A stretch of DNA of 32,000 nucleotides from the NCBI RefSeq assembly GCF_000179635.2, contig NC_014833.1, forward strand, positions 120,001-152,000, given 5' to 3'. Each line of letters opens with the position of its first letter. Within the stretch, counting starts at the first letter, position 1. Positions 8,875 through 17,241 of this stretch are shown here, piece by piece. Source of the DNA: Ruminococcus albus 7 = DSM 20455 (GTDB lineage: Bacteria; Bacillota; Clostridia; Oscillospirales; Ruminococcaceae). Under the pieces are notes generated by a model, which worked only from the letters and a program-made list of their open reading frames with translations, ran no database searches and was not told the DNA's origin. A program made the translations under genes and the position numbers.

Positions 8875-10176
8875 TTATTCGGCTTCTTCCTCAACGGGTA
8901 CATAGGAATCGTTGAACATAAGGAGCTCCCAGTAAGTCTCGCCGTCAGCCTCATACTTCGCCAGTGAAAGATACTTCATATCGGGATCGAGCATGACCGC
9001 CCTGTGCTTTTCGGAGCTTATCCAGCTGTCAAAGACCTCTTTTGCATCAGCGCCGCCCTTTGCGATGTTCTCGCCGCTGCGCCACCATACCATGCCTTCA
9101 CTGCTCAGTACAGTATTATACGAACTTTCCTTCTCATCTGGTCTGGTATGGCTGAAATTCTCAGCCAGCTCCTTCGCCCTTATATCCGCTGCCTTATCGA
9201 GCTCATCAAGGCCGTACACATAAGGCATATCGTACTGCTTTCTTACCTCATTGACATAGCTTAGCATCTCACCGGTAAGGGAGCTGATATCATTATTCTC
9301 ATCAGCTGCAGAGCCGTAATCTATAGGGGGACGCATAGGCTCAAGCCCTATCTTGTCGATATCCACCTTTACATCGGGATCAACATGGTCATCGGTATAA
9401 CCGTAGGGAACAAGCTCCCTGCCGTTGATATAGAGTACGTTCTCCCATGTGGTAGTCAGAAGATCGTCACCCAGTCTGTAAACATTATAGAACCAGCCGT
9501 CATTAACACCCTCAGTATAAAAGCCCTCATCATCAGCCTTGATCTTTATCTTTGAACCCGTATTCTCTTTGAGTTCAAAGGTCTTGACGATCTTGCCGTT
9601 ACTGTCCTTGATCCTGTATTTGCCCTTCTCGGTACACTCTATAACATGATCCTTATTTATCCTGTAGGACGAAAAAGAAGTTGCTTTATACTCAACAGGG
9701 CTGCTGTCAATATACAGCTTGCCGTCCTTGAGCTCTATCATATGGTTTTCGTATACAAATCCTGCTGCGGGCTGATCATCCCTTGTAAGAACCAGCTTGC
9801 CGTCCTCTTTTGAGAATTTCACCTCAGCACCGCTGTCATCCTGAACGGCAATACCCTTGACAGTATCTCCGTTCTCCATAAACGAATAACCTCCGTCAGG
9901 TGATGCGAATATCACATTTCCGCCAAAGTCAACAGACTCACAGCTGAGCTCAGGTATCTCTGCAGCAAGAATGACTTTCTCTCTGCCGCTTTTGTCTGTC
10001 TTTTCAGATCCGCCGCCCTTAGCATTACTGCTTGCCGCAGCACTGCTGTCAGCTTTCTTCCTGATCTCATTGTCATTACCGCCCTTTTTATCGGCAATAA
10101 CAATACCCACACCAAGTGCTGCAACTGCAGCAAGGCACACGATGTTTTTTACGTTTGCAGCTTTCTTTAAATTCAT
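8875..10176 (-). CDS. Membrane-anchored CAP/SCP (YkwD-like) domain protein
   Basis: 433 aa. It has an N-terminal signal anchor, a beta-rich middle region and a C-terminal ~120-aa CAP-type region (LSYVNEVRKQYDM...AADIRAKELAENFSHTRPD...GENIAKG...WISSEKHRAVMLD). An AAGGA RBS is present. Confidence 0.75.
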   Translation of the reverse strand: MNLKKAANVKNIVCLAAVAALGVGIVIADKKGGNDNEIRKKADSSAAASSNAKGGGSEKTDKSGREKVILAAEIPELSCESVDFGGNVIFASPDGGYSFMENGDTVKGIAVQDDSGAEVKFSKEDGKLVLTRDDQPAAGFVYENHMIELKDGKLYIDSSPVEYKATSFSSYRINKDHVIECTEKGKYRIKDSNGKIVKTFELKENTGSKIKIKADDEGFYTEGVNDGWFYNVYRLGDDLLTTTWENVLYINGRELVPYGYTDDHVDPDVKVDIDKIGLEPMRPPIDYGSAADENNDISSLTGEMLSYVNEVRKQYDMPYVYGLDELDKAADIRAKELAENFSHTRPDEKESSYNTVLSSEGMVWWRSGENIAKGGADAKEVFDSWISSEKHRAVMLDPDMKYLSLAKYEADGETYWELLMFNDSYVPVEEEAE

Positions 10177-10339
10177 ATTTTATCCTTCTGTCTTTCTGTA
10201 TTTTTACACAAATTAAATTGTTATCTCACATTAATTAATTATACCGCACCGCAGAAGTTTTGTCAAGTATTTTATCACTGCCGAAACACAGGGCGCATAC
10301 CAAAATACACCCGTGGCGTAAGTACTGCCTTTTTTCGTC

Positions 10340-10368
10340 TTTACATTTTTATTGTGATGTGATATAAT
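10340..10368 (+). promoter_or_regulatory. Sigma-A-type promoter of the 10445-11847 cassette
   Basis: TTTACA (10340-10345), 17 nt, then TGATATAAT with the extended -10 (TATAAT at 10363-10368). Confidence 0.5.
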
Positions 10369-10444
10369 ACATTTATGGTGGATGTCGTATATTAATATAG
10401 TACCCTTAAATGTATTTGGCGGCATTCCTGAAAGGAGAGATCTC

Positions 10445-10807
10445 ATGTACGAAGAATTTGCGGCATGGCTGGATGAAAAGCTTGAGAACGGACTGCCAGA
10501 TGAAGCGGCAGCTGCTAATTTCAATATATACGAGGAAGAGAACAACGGCTGGTCTGTACAGCTGGTGGCATCCGACAGATTTGATGCACAGGACGATGAA
10601 TGGGCTTGTTTTGAAGTATATTCATCGCAGGAAGACCTGTATTACTGGGAAAAGGAATACAGCTGGGAAGAAGCACACGAAGATGTCCGTGAACTGATAT
10701 CCGCTTATCTTGAAAATGGCAGATACTCGGATATGCTGAAAAACTACCGCGCTGTTGGTTTCGGCTTTGTTGACGGCGATCTTGAACTTGCCTACGTAAG
10801 GGAGTGA
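10445..10807 (+). CDS. Small acidic Trp-rich cytoplasmic protein, unknown function (immunity-protein-like composition)
   Basis: The ORF track starts at 10382, but a GAAAGGAGAG RBS supports the ATG at 10445 (MYEEFAAWLDE). 120 aa, very acidic, no TM helix. No family was recognised. Confidence 0.6.
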   Translation: MYEEFAAWLDEKLENGLPDEAAAANFNIYEEENNGWSVQLVASDRFDAQDDEWACFEVYSSQEDLYYWEKEYSWEEAHEDVRELISAYLENGRYSDMLKNYRAVGFGFVDGDLELAYVRE

Positions 10808-10811
10808 TATC

Positions 10812-11306
10812 ATGACCGATCTTGATATTGTAATGCTGGTGTGTCTTGCAGGCGCCGCCGCAGCTCTCTTGGTTATTGATATCAGGTTGATAAAGGCTTT
10901 GAGAGCCGCAAAGGATAAAGTCATACTGCCTGAGATATGGGATTTTGTATTTATGGTGCTTTTCGCTGCGGGCACAAGCTGTTGTTATGCGGTAGATAAT
11001 ATGTCACCGGTGGTATACGTGCTTGCGCTTATAGTCACAGTGCTGTATCTGCCGTGTGCGTTCACCGTCGTAACTCCCGTGGGCATTATCGTCCCCGAGA
11101 TAAAAAAGGACTGTCTACGACCTGCCGAAAAATACAGCTACGATTATACACAGTGCAAGGTCATCAAAGAGGTCCTCAACATCTACTACAACAACGGCAG
11201 ACCGTTTAAACTTTATATCGGCATAAAAAGCACCAAGCTTATAACTATGCTGAACGACAACTATGAAAAGCACGGATACGAAAATCCCATGCTGAGAGGT
11301 GGATAA
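10812..11306 (+). CDS. Hypothetical membrane protein (three N-terminal TM helices plus a C-terminal soluble domain)
   Basis: 164 aa. A GGGAG RBS is present and only 4 nt separate it from the upstream stop, suggesting translational coupling. Confidence 0.6.
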   Translation: MTDLDIVMLVCLAGAAAALLVIDIRLIKALRAAKDKVILPEIWDFVFMVLFAAGTSCCYAVDNMSPVVYVLALIVTVLYLPCAFTVVTPVGIIVPEIKKDCLRPAEKYSYDYTQCKVIKEVLNIYYNNGRPFKLYIGIKSTKLITMLNDNYEKHGYENPMLRGG

Positions 11307-11847
11307 AATGGATATAACTAAACTGCTCATAATGGCAGACGATACAGACAAAAGCTTTGACGGACTTTTCAGCGGGGCAGGGCATATCGTGGGTATAGTG
11401 TTGATGGTCACAGGACTGTTGCTGTTGTATATAGCCTTCAAGGTCGCTAAGGGATACAGCTTCATGCCTACCTTCGGCACTGAAACTATTATTGAAGAGG
11501 ATACATACGTTGAGGGGACTGCCAGGACGGTGGAAAAGTCAGTCACAGCCATACCTGACCCTAACGGAGGCAGCGACAAGGAGTTTGTCGAGTGGAAGAT
11601 AGTATATACCGTAAACGGCGAGGAGTATGCACAACAGATACCGGATGACGGATATTCCGAGGGTGACGATATCAAAATAAAGTACGATCCGAAGAAACCG
11701 TCGGATTATTATCTTGATGACGGAGATGCTCCCGATGAGCCCGATGACAGTGCTTCGGATGACGGCAAAAGCAAAACTGCGGGTATCATACTCGCCGTAC
11801 TTGGCGTGCTGGTCATGCTTGGCGGTGCGGCACTTTTCAGATCATGA
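11299..11847 (+). CDS. Hypothetical membrane protein with DUF3592-like topology (TM, beta-rich domain, TM)
   Basis: 182 aa. It overlaps the upstream gene by 8 nt and has a GAGGTGG RBS. The pattern EWKIVYTVNGEEYAQ...GDDIKIKYDPKKPSDY between two TM helices resembles DUF3592. This is from memory and unverified. Confidence 0.55.
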   Translation: MDKMDITKLLIMADDTDKSFDGLFSGAGHIVGIVLMVTGLLLLYIAFKVAKGYSFMPTFGTETIIEEDTYVEGTARTVEKSVTAIPDPNGGSDKEFVEWKIVYTVNGEEYAQQIPDDGYSEGDDIKIKYDPKKPSDYYLDDGDAPDEPDDSASDDGKSKTAGIILAVLGVLVMLGGAALFRS

Positions 11848-11855
11848 TCATAAGG

Positions 11856-11886
11856 AGAGGACAGCGATATGCTGCCCTCTTTTTTT
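11856..11886 (+). terminator. Intrinsic terminator of the 10445-11847 cassette
   Basis: Stem AGAGGACAGC / GCTGCCCTCT with one mismatch and loop GATAT, followed by T6 (11881-11886). Confidence 0.7.
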
Positions 11887-12160
11887 GTAAAAAATCGTCA
11901 TAGATTTCTGTGCAAATTGTTACAATTATGACAGCCTTGATACCGTTTTTTTACCGGCGTAAAATATGTAAAAATCCCCTCACGAATGGTCGGAAATCCC
12001 CGAATTTTTCGGCTTTTTTTGTTGATTTGGATTGTTAAAACATATAATCAAGGAAATAGAATGGATATTTTTGAGGCAATTTTATTGTGCATTGTTGCTG
12101 AAAATTAAGCTAAAATTAAGCTGTAAAGTGTTTACAAAATGGAAAACCATTGTAACCTTC

Positions 12161-12189
12161 TTGTAATCATTCGCGAAATGTGTTATCAT
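12161..12189 (+). promoter_or_regulatory. Sigma-A-type promoter of the cell-wall hydrolase gene
   Basis: TTGTAA (12161-12166), 17 nt, then TGTTATCAT with the extended -10 (12184-12189). Confidence 0.5.
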
Positions 12190-12248
12190 AGTCATCGTGA
12201 ACAAAAGACAGAGATAAATCACACAGACAGATCAGAAAGGATATTGAT

Positions 12249-13178
12249 ATGACTAAACTCAAGATCGCAGCCGTAGTAGTATGCATGATAGCCACAGGAG
12301 CTTTCGCAGGATTTACATATCAGGCAGTAAGCAACGGCAGCGCTGATGAAGATGTAACTGTAAGATCATTCACCGAGGTAACTACTGATGATGAGGACAC
12401 CACTGATGATGAGACCACATCCGATGAAACTGTTACCGATGATGAAACTGCTTCCAAGGAAGTTACCGCTGAGGAGGATACTCTCGCAGTGACCACAGCA
12501 GTTACAGCAAAGAAGACTGAGAAGGTCACAAAGAAGAAAGCCGAGAAGTCTGAAGCAAAGAATACTTTAAAGAAGACTACAATAAAGATCTCAGATGAGG
12601 ATCTGAAAAAGGCAGCTCCTGCACCTGCAGTTACTGCAGCTCCCGTTGTTGAGGAGGTACCTGTTACCGAGGCGTATACCGAGGCACCCGTATATGAGGA
12701 GCCTGTGTATACCGAGAGTGAGCCTGTTTATGAAGAGCCTGCTGAGGAGACCGCAGAGGTTACCGAGGCTGCACCTGTTGAGGAAACTGCTCCCGCTGAG
12801 GAGCCTGCACCCGAAGAACAGCAGGACAACGGCAGAAAGGTACAGGTGACTGATGAAGAGTATATATGGCTCTGCAACGTTGTAGGCCATGAGTACGGCT
12901 CTGACTGGATAGCCATAGAAGAAAAGGCTAAGGTCGTTGAGGCTGTTATGAACCGTGTTAAGGATCCCCGTTTCCCTAATTCTATATGGGGCGTTCTCAC
13001 TCAGCCTTATCAGTTCTCAGGTCTTGAATGGACACTTTATCTGGGTACATTTTCCTATCAGGTAACACCCAGTGTAAAGGCAGCGGTTGACCTTTACCTC
13101 GAACACCCCGAGCAGTTTAACCACGGTTATAACTCTTTCTGGGGCGATGGCAGCATGAACCATTTCTATTCCATTTGA
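12249..13178 (+). CDS. Cell wall hydrolase, SleB/CwlJ (Hydrolase_2) family, with a long acidic and Pro/Ala/Glu-rich linker
   Basis: 309 aa. It has a signal anchor, T/D/E-rich and PVYEEP-repeat low-complexity regions, and a C-terminal domain WLCNVVGHEYGSD...AVMNRVKDPRFPNSIWGVLTQPYQFSG typical of SleB-type hydrolases. Confidence 0.8.
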   Translation: MTKLKIAAVVVCMIATGAFAGFTYQAVSNGSADEDVTVRSFTEVTTDDEDTTDDETTSDETVTDDETASKEVTAEEDTLAVTTAVTAKKTEKVTKKKAEKSEAKNTLKKTTIKISDEDLKKAAPAPAVTAAPVVEEVPVTEAYTEAPVYEEPVYTESEPVYEEPAEETAEVTEAAPVEETAPAEEPAPEEQQDNGRKVQVTDEEYIWLCNVVGHEYGSDWIAIEEKAKVVEAVMNRVKDPRFPNSIWGVLTQPYQFSGLEWTLYLGTFSYQVTPSVKAAVDLYLEHPEQFNHGYNSFWGDGSMNHFYSI

Positions 13179-13194
13179 TCACATAATAAATAGT

Positions 13195-13228
13195 AAACGG
13201 AGGAAGCGCAGCGCTTCCTCCGTTTTTA
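13195..13228. terminator. Bidirectional intrinsic terminator between convergent genes
   Basis: A perfect 14-bp stem AAACGGAGGAAGCG / CGCTTCCTCCGTTT with a 3-nt loop. An A-run and a T-run flank it. Confidence 0.75.
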
Positions 13229-13233
13229 TCGTT

Positions 13234-14154
13234 CTATTTACCGGGGGCAGTCTCTGTCACCCTGTCTATAACTATCGTCAGCAGATTGCATATAAGTATT
13301 GCAAACAGCAGTCCTTGCGGTATATCGGTAAAGAACCTGAATACGCAGGTCAGAAAACCTGCAGCTATACCGAATATTATTTTGCCGATATTGGTCGAGG
13401 GGGTAGTCACTGTATCGCAGCAAAGGAAGAATGCCGCAAGCACAGTACCGCCTGCAAGTATCTGGTATAATCCGTCCTTTCCTGCTATTGCCGAGAACAG
13501 GTATATCGTTCCCAGGAAAGCAGCAGGCTCATACAGGGATATCACTCTCATGGATACCAGATAGAAAGCACCTGTCAGCAGTGCTATTACAGATACCTCG
13601 CCCAGACCGCCGCATACTCTGCCGAGGAACATATCTCCGTAGGAATCTACGCCCGACATCAGCGATAACTCGCCGTAGCTTGGCATATCAGCTGAATTGA
13701 CATCAGGTTCATAGTATATGAAGCTGGAACGGAATATGAACCAGCATACCAGTCTGCTTGCAACAGCGGGGTTGAATATGTTTTTGCCAAGTCCTCCGAA
13801 CAGATGCTTGAATACCACTATCGCTATAAAGGTGCCTATGGCAGCTTGCCAGAAGGGGAATCCCGTGGGCAGCATATAGGCGAATATCATACCCGTAACT
13901 GCAGCCGAAAGATCATTTATGCTGTTCTTGCGCTTCAGTATCAGGCATATGATGAATTCCCACAGCAGCGAAGTTAGTATGCAGAAGCCTGTAAGCAGCA
14001 GTGCCGAGCCTCCGAATAGTATTCCCGAGAGTATCAGCGAGGGCAGCAGTCCTACCATCACATGGGTCATTATCTTTGATACCGAAGTATCCTCTTTTAT
14101 ATATGGTGCAGAAAACTGTTTCAGTTCTGCGATCTCAGGTCTGAAATCTGTCAC
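13234..14154 (-). CDS. RnfD/NqrB-family integral membrane protein (RnfD-like)
   Basis: 306 aa, polytopic. NIFNPAVASRLV is the NQR2/RnfD/RnfE family hallmark. A GTG start overlaps the upstream TGA (GTGA), with a GGTGAGGAG RBS. Confidence 0.8.
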   Translation of the reverse strand: MTDFRPEIAELKQFSAPYIKEDTSVSKIMTHVMVGLLPSLILSGILFGGSALLLTGFCILTSLLWEFIICLILKRKNSINDLSAAVTGMIFAYMLPTGFPFWQAAIGTFIAIVVFKHLFGGLGKNIFNPAVASRLVCWFIFRSSFIYYEPDVNSADMPSYGELSLMSGVDSYGDMFLGRVCGGLGEVSVIALLTGAFYLVSMRVISLYEPAAFLGTIYLFSAIAGKDGLYQILAGGTVLAAFFLCCDTVTTPSTNIGKIIFGIAAGFLTCVFRFFTDIPQGLLFAILICNLLTIVIDRVTETAPGK

Positions 14155-15413
14155 TGCTCCTCACCGCCCTTCCTGTCAATGATCTCTGCTGCTTCGCGTA
14201 TTACTTTTGTCAGCTCACGTTTTGCAGGACATACATAAGTGCAGGCACCGCATTTTATACAAAGATCGGGGCGCAGTCTTTCAAGTGCGGCCTTGTTCCT
14301 TCTTTTAAGTGCTTTTTCTATTCTCATAGGCATGAGCTTTGCAGGACAGGCGTGCGCACATCTGCCGCATTTTATACAGTTTGTCTTCTGCTGAGGGTCA
14401 TTAAGACTTCCCTTGCCCGGTGCCAGAGGTTTCATGAATATCAGCACAGCACTGTCCTCTGCTCCCAGTGGAAGCTCAGTGTCAGTAACTGATCTGCCTG
14501 TCATAAGACCGCCGATTATCAGCTTTTCAGCAGGCTTTGTGTTAGCATCCGCATAATCCAGCAGCGCTGAAAGAGGTGTGCCTATGGGTGCTTTCAATAT
14601 ACATGGTGTTTTTACCAGATCGCCGTCCACTGTAACTCTTCTTTCGATAAAGGGCATACCCGTTTCAAAGTACGATGCTATGAATGCCACGTCTGACGGC
14701 AGCAGCACCAGGACCTTTTTGTCTGCCGCTGTTTCTTTGGGCTTGATGCTGCGACCTGTGATATTGTTCACCAGCATCAGGTCAGAGCCGCCGGGATGAT
14801 CGCACCTCAATTTTGTGACTAGGGTGTTGGGGGCTTTTGCTGCGACCTTTTCCATGGCAGCAAGTGCCTCGCTGCAGTCTGAAGCTACAGCTATGTATGT
14901 TGTATTAATGCCAAGCAGCTTGCCCGTCAGCGCTATACCCGCAGTGATGAGTTCGCTGTCATCCAGCATACATCTGTTTTCAGCCGTCAGATACTGTTCG
15001 CTTTCTATGCCGTTTACTATCAGTATATCAGCGTTCGCAGCTCTTGCTATCTTTCTTCCTGCAGGGCTTCCCGATGCCTTTAGCGCTTCGATGAAGCTTT
15101 CTCTGCTGTCTGCACGCGGAGTTTTAACCGCTGCATCCTTCTGCGCCTCGTCAGCTTTGATCACAACGGTTTCAAAACTGTTCCCGGAGCATTCCATAGT
15201 CTTGATCTCTTCGACCTTTCCCGAAACAGAAGCGTGTACAGGGATCTCGCAGTCACATATCCTGTTGCCGCGAAGTACCCACTGCCCCGTTTTTACCGAT
15301 GCGCTGCACCCTTTCGGCAGCGGCACGTATACCCTTTCGGGGGTCGGCAGTGCGAGAGTCAGACTTTTTGCGGTGTTTTTTTCTCTGTCGAGAAAAATAC
15401 CTCTGATCTTCAA
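14151..15413 (-). CDS. RnfC-like protein (N-terminal barrel-sandwich, 51K-like/SLBB region, two 4Fe-4S ferredoxin motifs)
   Basis: 420 aa. The cluster motifs are CIKCGRCAHACP and CIKCGACTYVCP. ILIVNGIESEQYLTAENRCM parallels the RnfC INGAECEPY block. The start is TTG (15413) with an AAGGAG RBS 7 nt upstream. Confidence 0.8.
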   Translation of the reverse strand: MKIRGIFLDREKNTAKSLTLALPTPERVYVPLPKGCSASVKTGQWVLRGNRICDCEIPVHASVSGKVEEIKTMECSGNSFETVVIKADEAQKDAAVKTPRADSRESFIEALKASGSPAGRKIARAANADILIVNGIESEQYLTAENRCMLDDSELITAGIALTGKLLGINTTYIAVASDCSEALAAMEKVAAKAPNTLVTKLRCDHPGGSDLMLVNNITGRSIKPKETAADKKVLVLLPSDVAFIASYFETGMPFIERRVTVDGDLVKTPCILKAPIGTPLSALLDYADANTKPAEKLIIGGLMTGRSVTDTELPLGAEDSAVLIFMKPLAPGKGSLNDPQQKTNCIKCGRCAHACPAKLMPMRIEKALKRRNKAALERLRPDLCIKCGACTYVCPAKRELTKVIREAAEIIDRKGGEEQ

Positions 15414-15521
15414 ATTACCACTCCTTTAGTATAGAATTGATTTGCAGTTGTAGACAATGCACATATCTCGTGCGCGAGCATTGTACAAACAACTGTTTTT
15501 ATTTTTAACCCGGACTTATTC

Positions 15522-15563
15522 CTGCAAGAGTTGAACAAAAACGTACAACTTTTGCAGTTTTTT
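15522..15563 (+). terminator. Orphan terminator-like hairpin plus T6 on the plus strand, with no upstream plus-strand gene
   Basis: CTGCAAGAGTTG (15522-15533) pairs with CAACTTTTGCAG (15546-15557) with one mismatch and a 12-nt loop, followed by TTTTTT (15558-15563). The neighbouring genes are all on the minus strand. Confidence 0.35.
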
Positions 15564-15663
15564 CACTGTATATAGGAAGGCATAAACTATTCCGGCGGCC
15601 TTCAGTCGCCGTTTATATATCGACCCCTGTGCGCACGATGGCAGGGGTGAATACACTTTATGG

Positions 15664-15687
15664 CATGGGTAACGGTTGTTACCCATG
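15664..15687. other. Perfect 10-bp hairpin (CATGGGTAAC-GGTT-GTTACCCATG) in the XRE/RnfC intergenic region
   Basis: Read directly from the sequence. It has no adjacent U-run on either strand. A second hairpin, ACCCCTG...CAGGGGT, lies at 15623-15648. Confidence 0.5.
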
Positions 15688-15780
15688 TGATGATATATGC
15701 AATTTCCGAAAATTGATTTCCGTGAATTGTCTTTATGCGGCTTTACTTTTGTTTGAATATATGCTATAATATCTGTGTGT

Positions 15781-16416
15781 CTATTCGGCGTTGTCTATGA
15801 GCTTGGCATTTTTGGTGTTTTTCAGCATATATTCGCATTCAGCGATGAAAGCTCTCAGCTCCGGATTCTTTTCGGGCGGTATCTCGAAATTGTTCGCCTT
15901 TACTTCGCGGCTGTGCTGTATAAAAGCAGATATGCCGTCAGGTGCTGCGTTCATTATCCTGTTCACACCGCTCATCGCATCGTCAAAATCTATGGAGAAC
16001 AGCTTTTCACTGTTCTTGGGATTTTCACGGTATATGGTCCTGAATATGATGTATATCACCAGTTTCAGACAATTGCTTGTGCCTGTCAGCAGTTTATCGC
16101 TGCTGCCGTTGCCGACGAGCAGAGTCAGAAGTTCAAGGGATATATCCGCGCTGCCTCCCGATGGGAAGTCGCTAAGATTGTAGTCCTTCTCCTCACTTCC
16201 GAATATCATTTCGTAGGGTACCTTGTAGTACCTTATAAGTGAGATTATCTGCGCTGTGCATATACTTTTTCTGCCGCGCTCGACCAGCGAAAGAAAGGAC
16301 TGCGACATACCTGTTGCCTGAGCAGCCTGCTTCTGTGTTATTCCCATGAGCAGACGTGCACCTCTGAGTCTTTCGCCCACCTGCTGAAGATATTGCTGAG
16401 TTTTGTCAGCTTTCAT
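15781..16416 (-). CDS. XRE-family helix-turn-helix transcriptional regulator with a ~140-aa C-terminal domain
   Basis: 211 aa. The HTH_3-type segment is LRGARLLMGITQKQAAQATGMSQSFLSLVERGRKS. Confidence 0.8.
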   Translation of the reverse strand: MKADKTQQYLQQVGERLRGARLLMGITQKQAAQATGMSQSFLSLVERGRKSICTAQIISLIRYYKVPYEMIFGSEEKDYNLSDFPSGGSADISLELLTLLVGNGSSDKLLTGTSNCLKLVIYIIFRTIYRENPKNSEKLFSIDFDDAMSGVNRIMNAAPDGISAFIQHSREVKANNFEIPPEKNPELRAFIAECEYMLKNTKNAKLIDNAE

Positions 16417-16577
16417 ACCAGAACCAACTCCCGTAAACGTTAAAAGACAAAGTGTGCTGCTGTAAGATCTTTTGGAATAAAAATGATTTCGTTTCCGATC
16501 TCAGCCGTATTTATATTATACAACAATTTCCTATGTTTGTAAAGTGATAATAAATAATTAATTTAAGGAGAGTTTCC

Positions 16578-17240
16578 ATGAAGGGTTATAGGATAGCATT
16601 TATACGTCATGGCATTACAGAAGCCAATGAGGACGGAAGATATATCGGTACTACCGATCTGCCGCTCAGTAATGCGGGCGCACAGGAGCTTTTTGACAAG
16701 CTTGAGAAACTGGATTACCCGAATCCGCAGAAGGTGTATGTATCCCCTCTGAAACGCTGCAAGCAGACTGCGGGCATAATATACCCAAACTGCTATACTG
16801 TTGAACTTCCCGAACTTCGTGAGATGGATTTTGGCAAGTTTGAAAACAAAAAGGCAGAGGATCTTATGGATACCCCTGAGTATAAACAGTACATCAAGGG
16901 CGGACTTGATAATCCTCCTCCCGGAGGAGAGTCGGCGAGGGATATGGTCAACCGCTGTTATGAAGCAATAAAGATCATCATATCCGATATGATGTATGAG
17001 GGACTTACCTCTGCTGCGGTAGTGACACACGGCGGTATAATAATGAATATGCTCAGCTGTTTCGGTGTACCCAAGCGCCGCCCTATGGACTATGCCTGTG
17101 ATTTCGGTGAGGGCTTTGAGGTAATGGTAACTGCTTCCATGTGGCAGAGGTCTGAGGCGTTCGAGGTGCTGGGAAGATATCCCGACCGCGACCCTGATGA
17201 AAGCTTCGGAAGCTTCTACGATGAAGAGGAAGGCGATTAA
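16578..17240 (+). CDS. Histidine phosphatase (phosphoglycerate mutase-like) family protein
   Basis: 220 aa. It has the RHG motif (IRHGITEAN) and a downstream VVTHGGII His motif. An AAGGAGAG RBS is present. Confidence 0.85.
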   Translation: MKGYRIAFIRHGITEANEDGRYIGTTDLPLSNAGAQELFDKLEKLDYPNPQKVYVSPLKRCKQTAGIIYPNCYTVELPELREMDFGKFENKKAEDLMDTPEYKQYIKGGLDNPPPGGESARDMVNRCYEAIKIIISDMMYEGLTSAAVVTHGGIIMNMLSCFGVPKRRPMDYACDFGEGFEVMVTASMWQRSEAFEVLGRYPDRDPDESFGSFYDEEEGD

Positions 17241-17241
17241 A

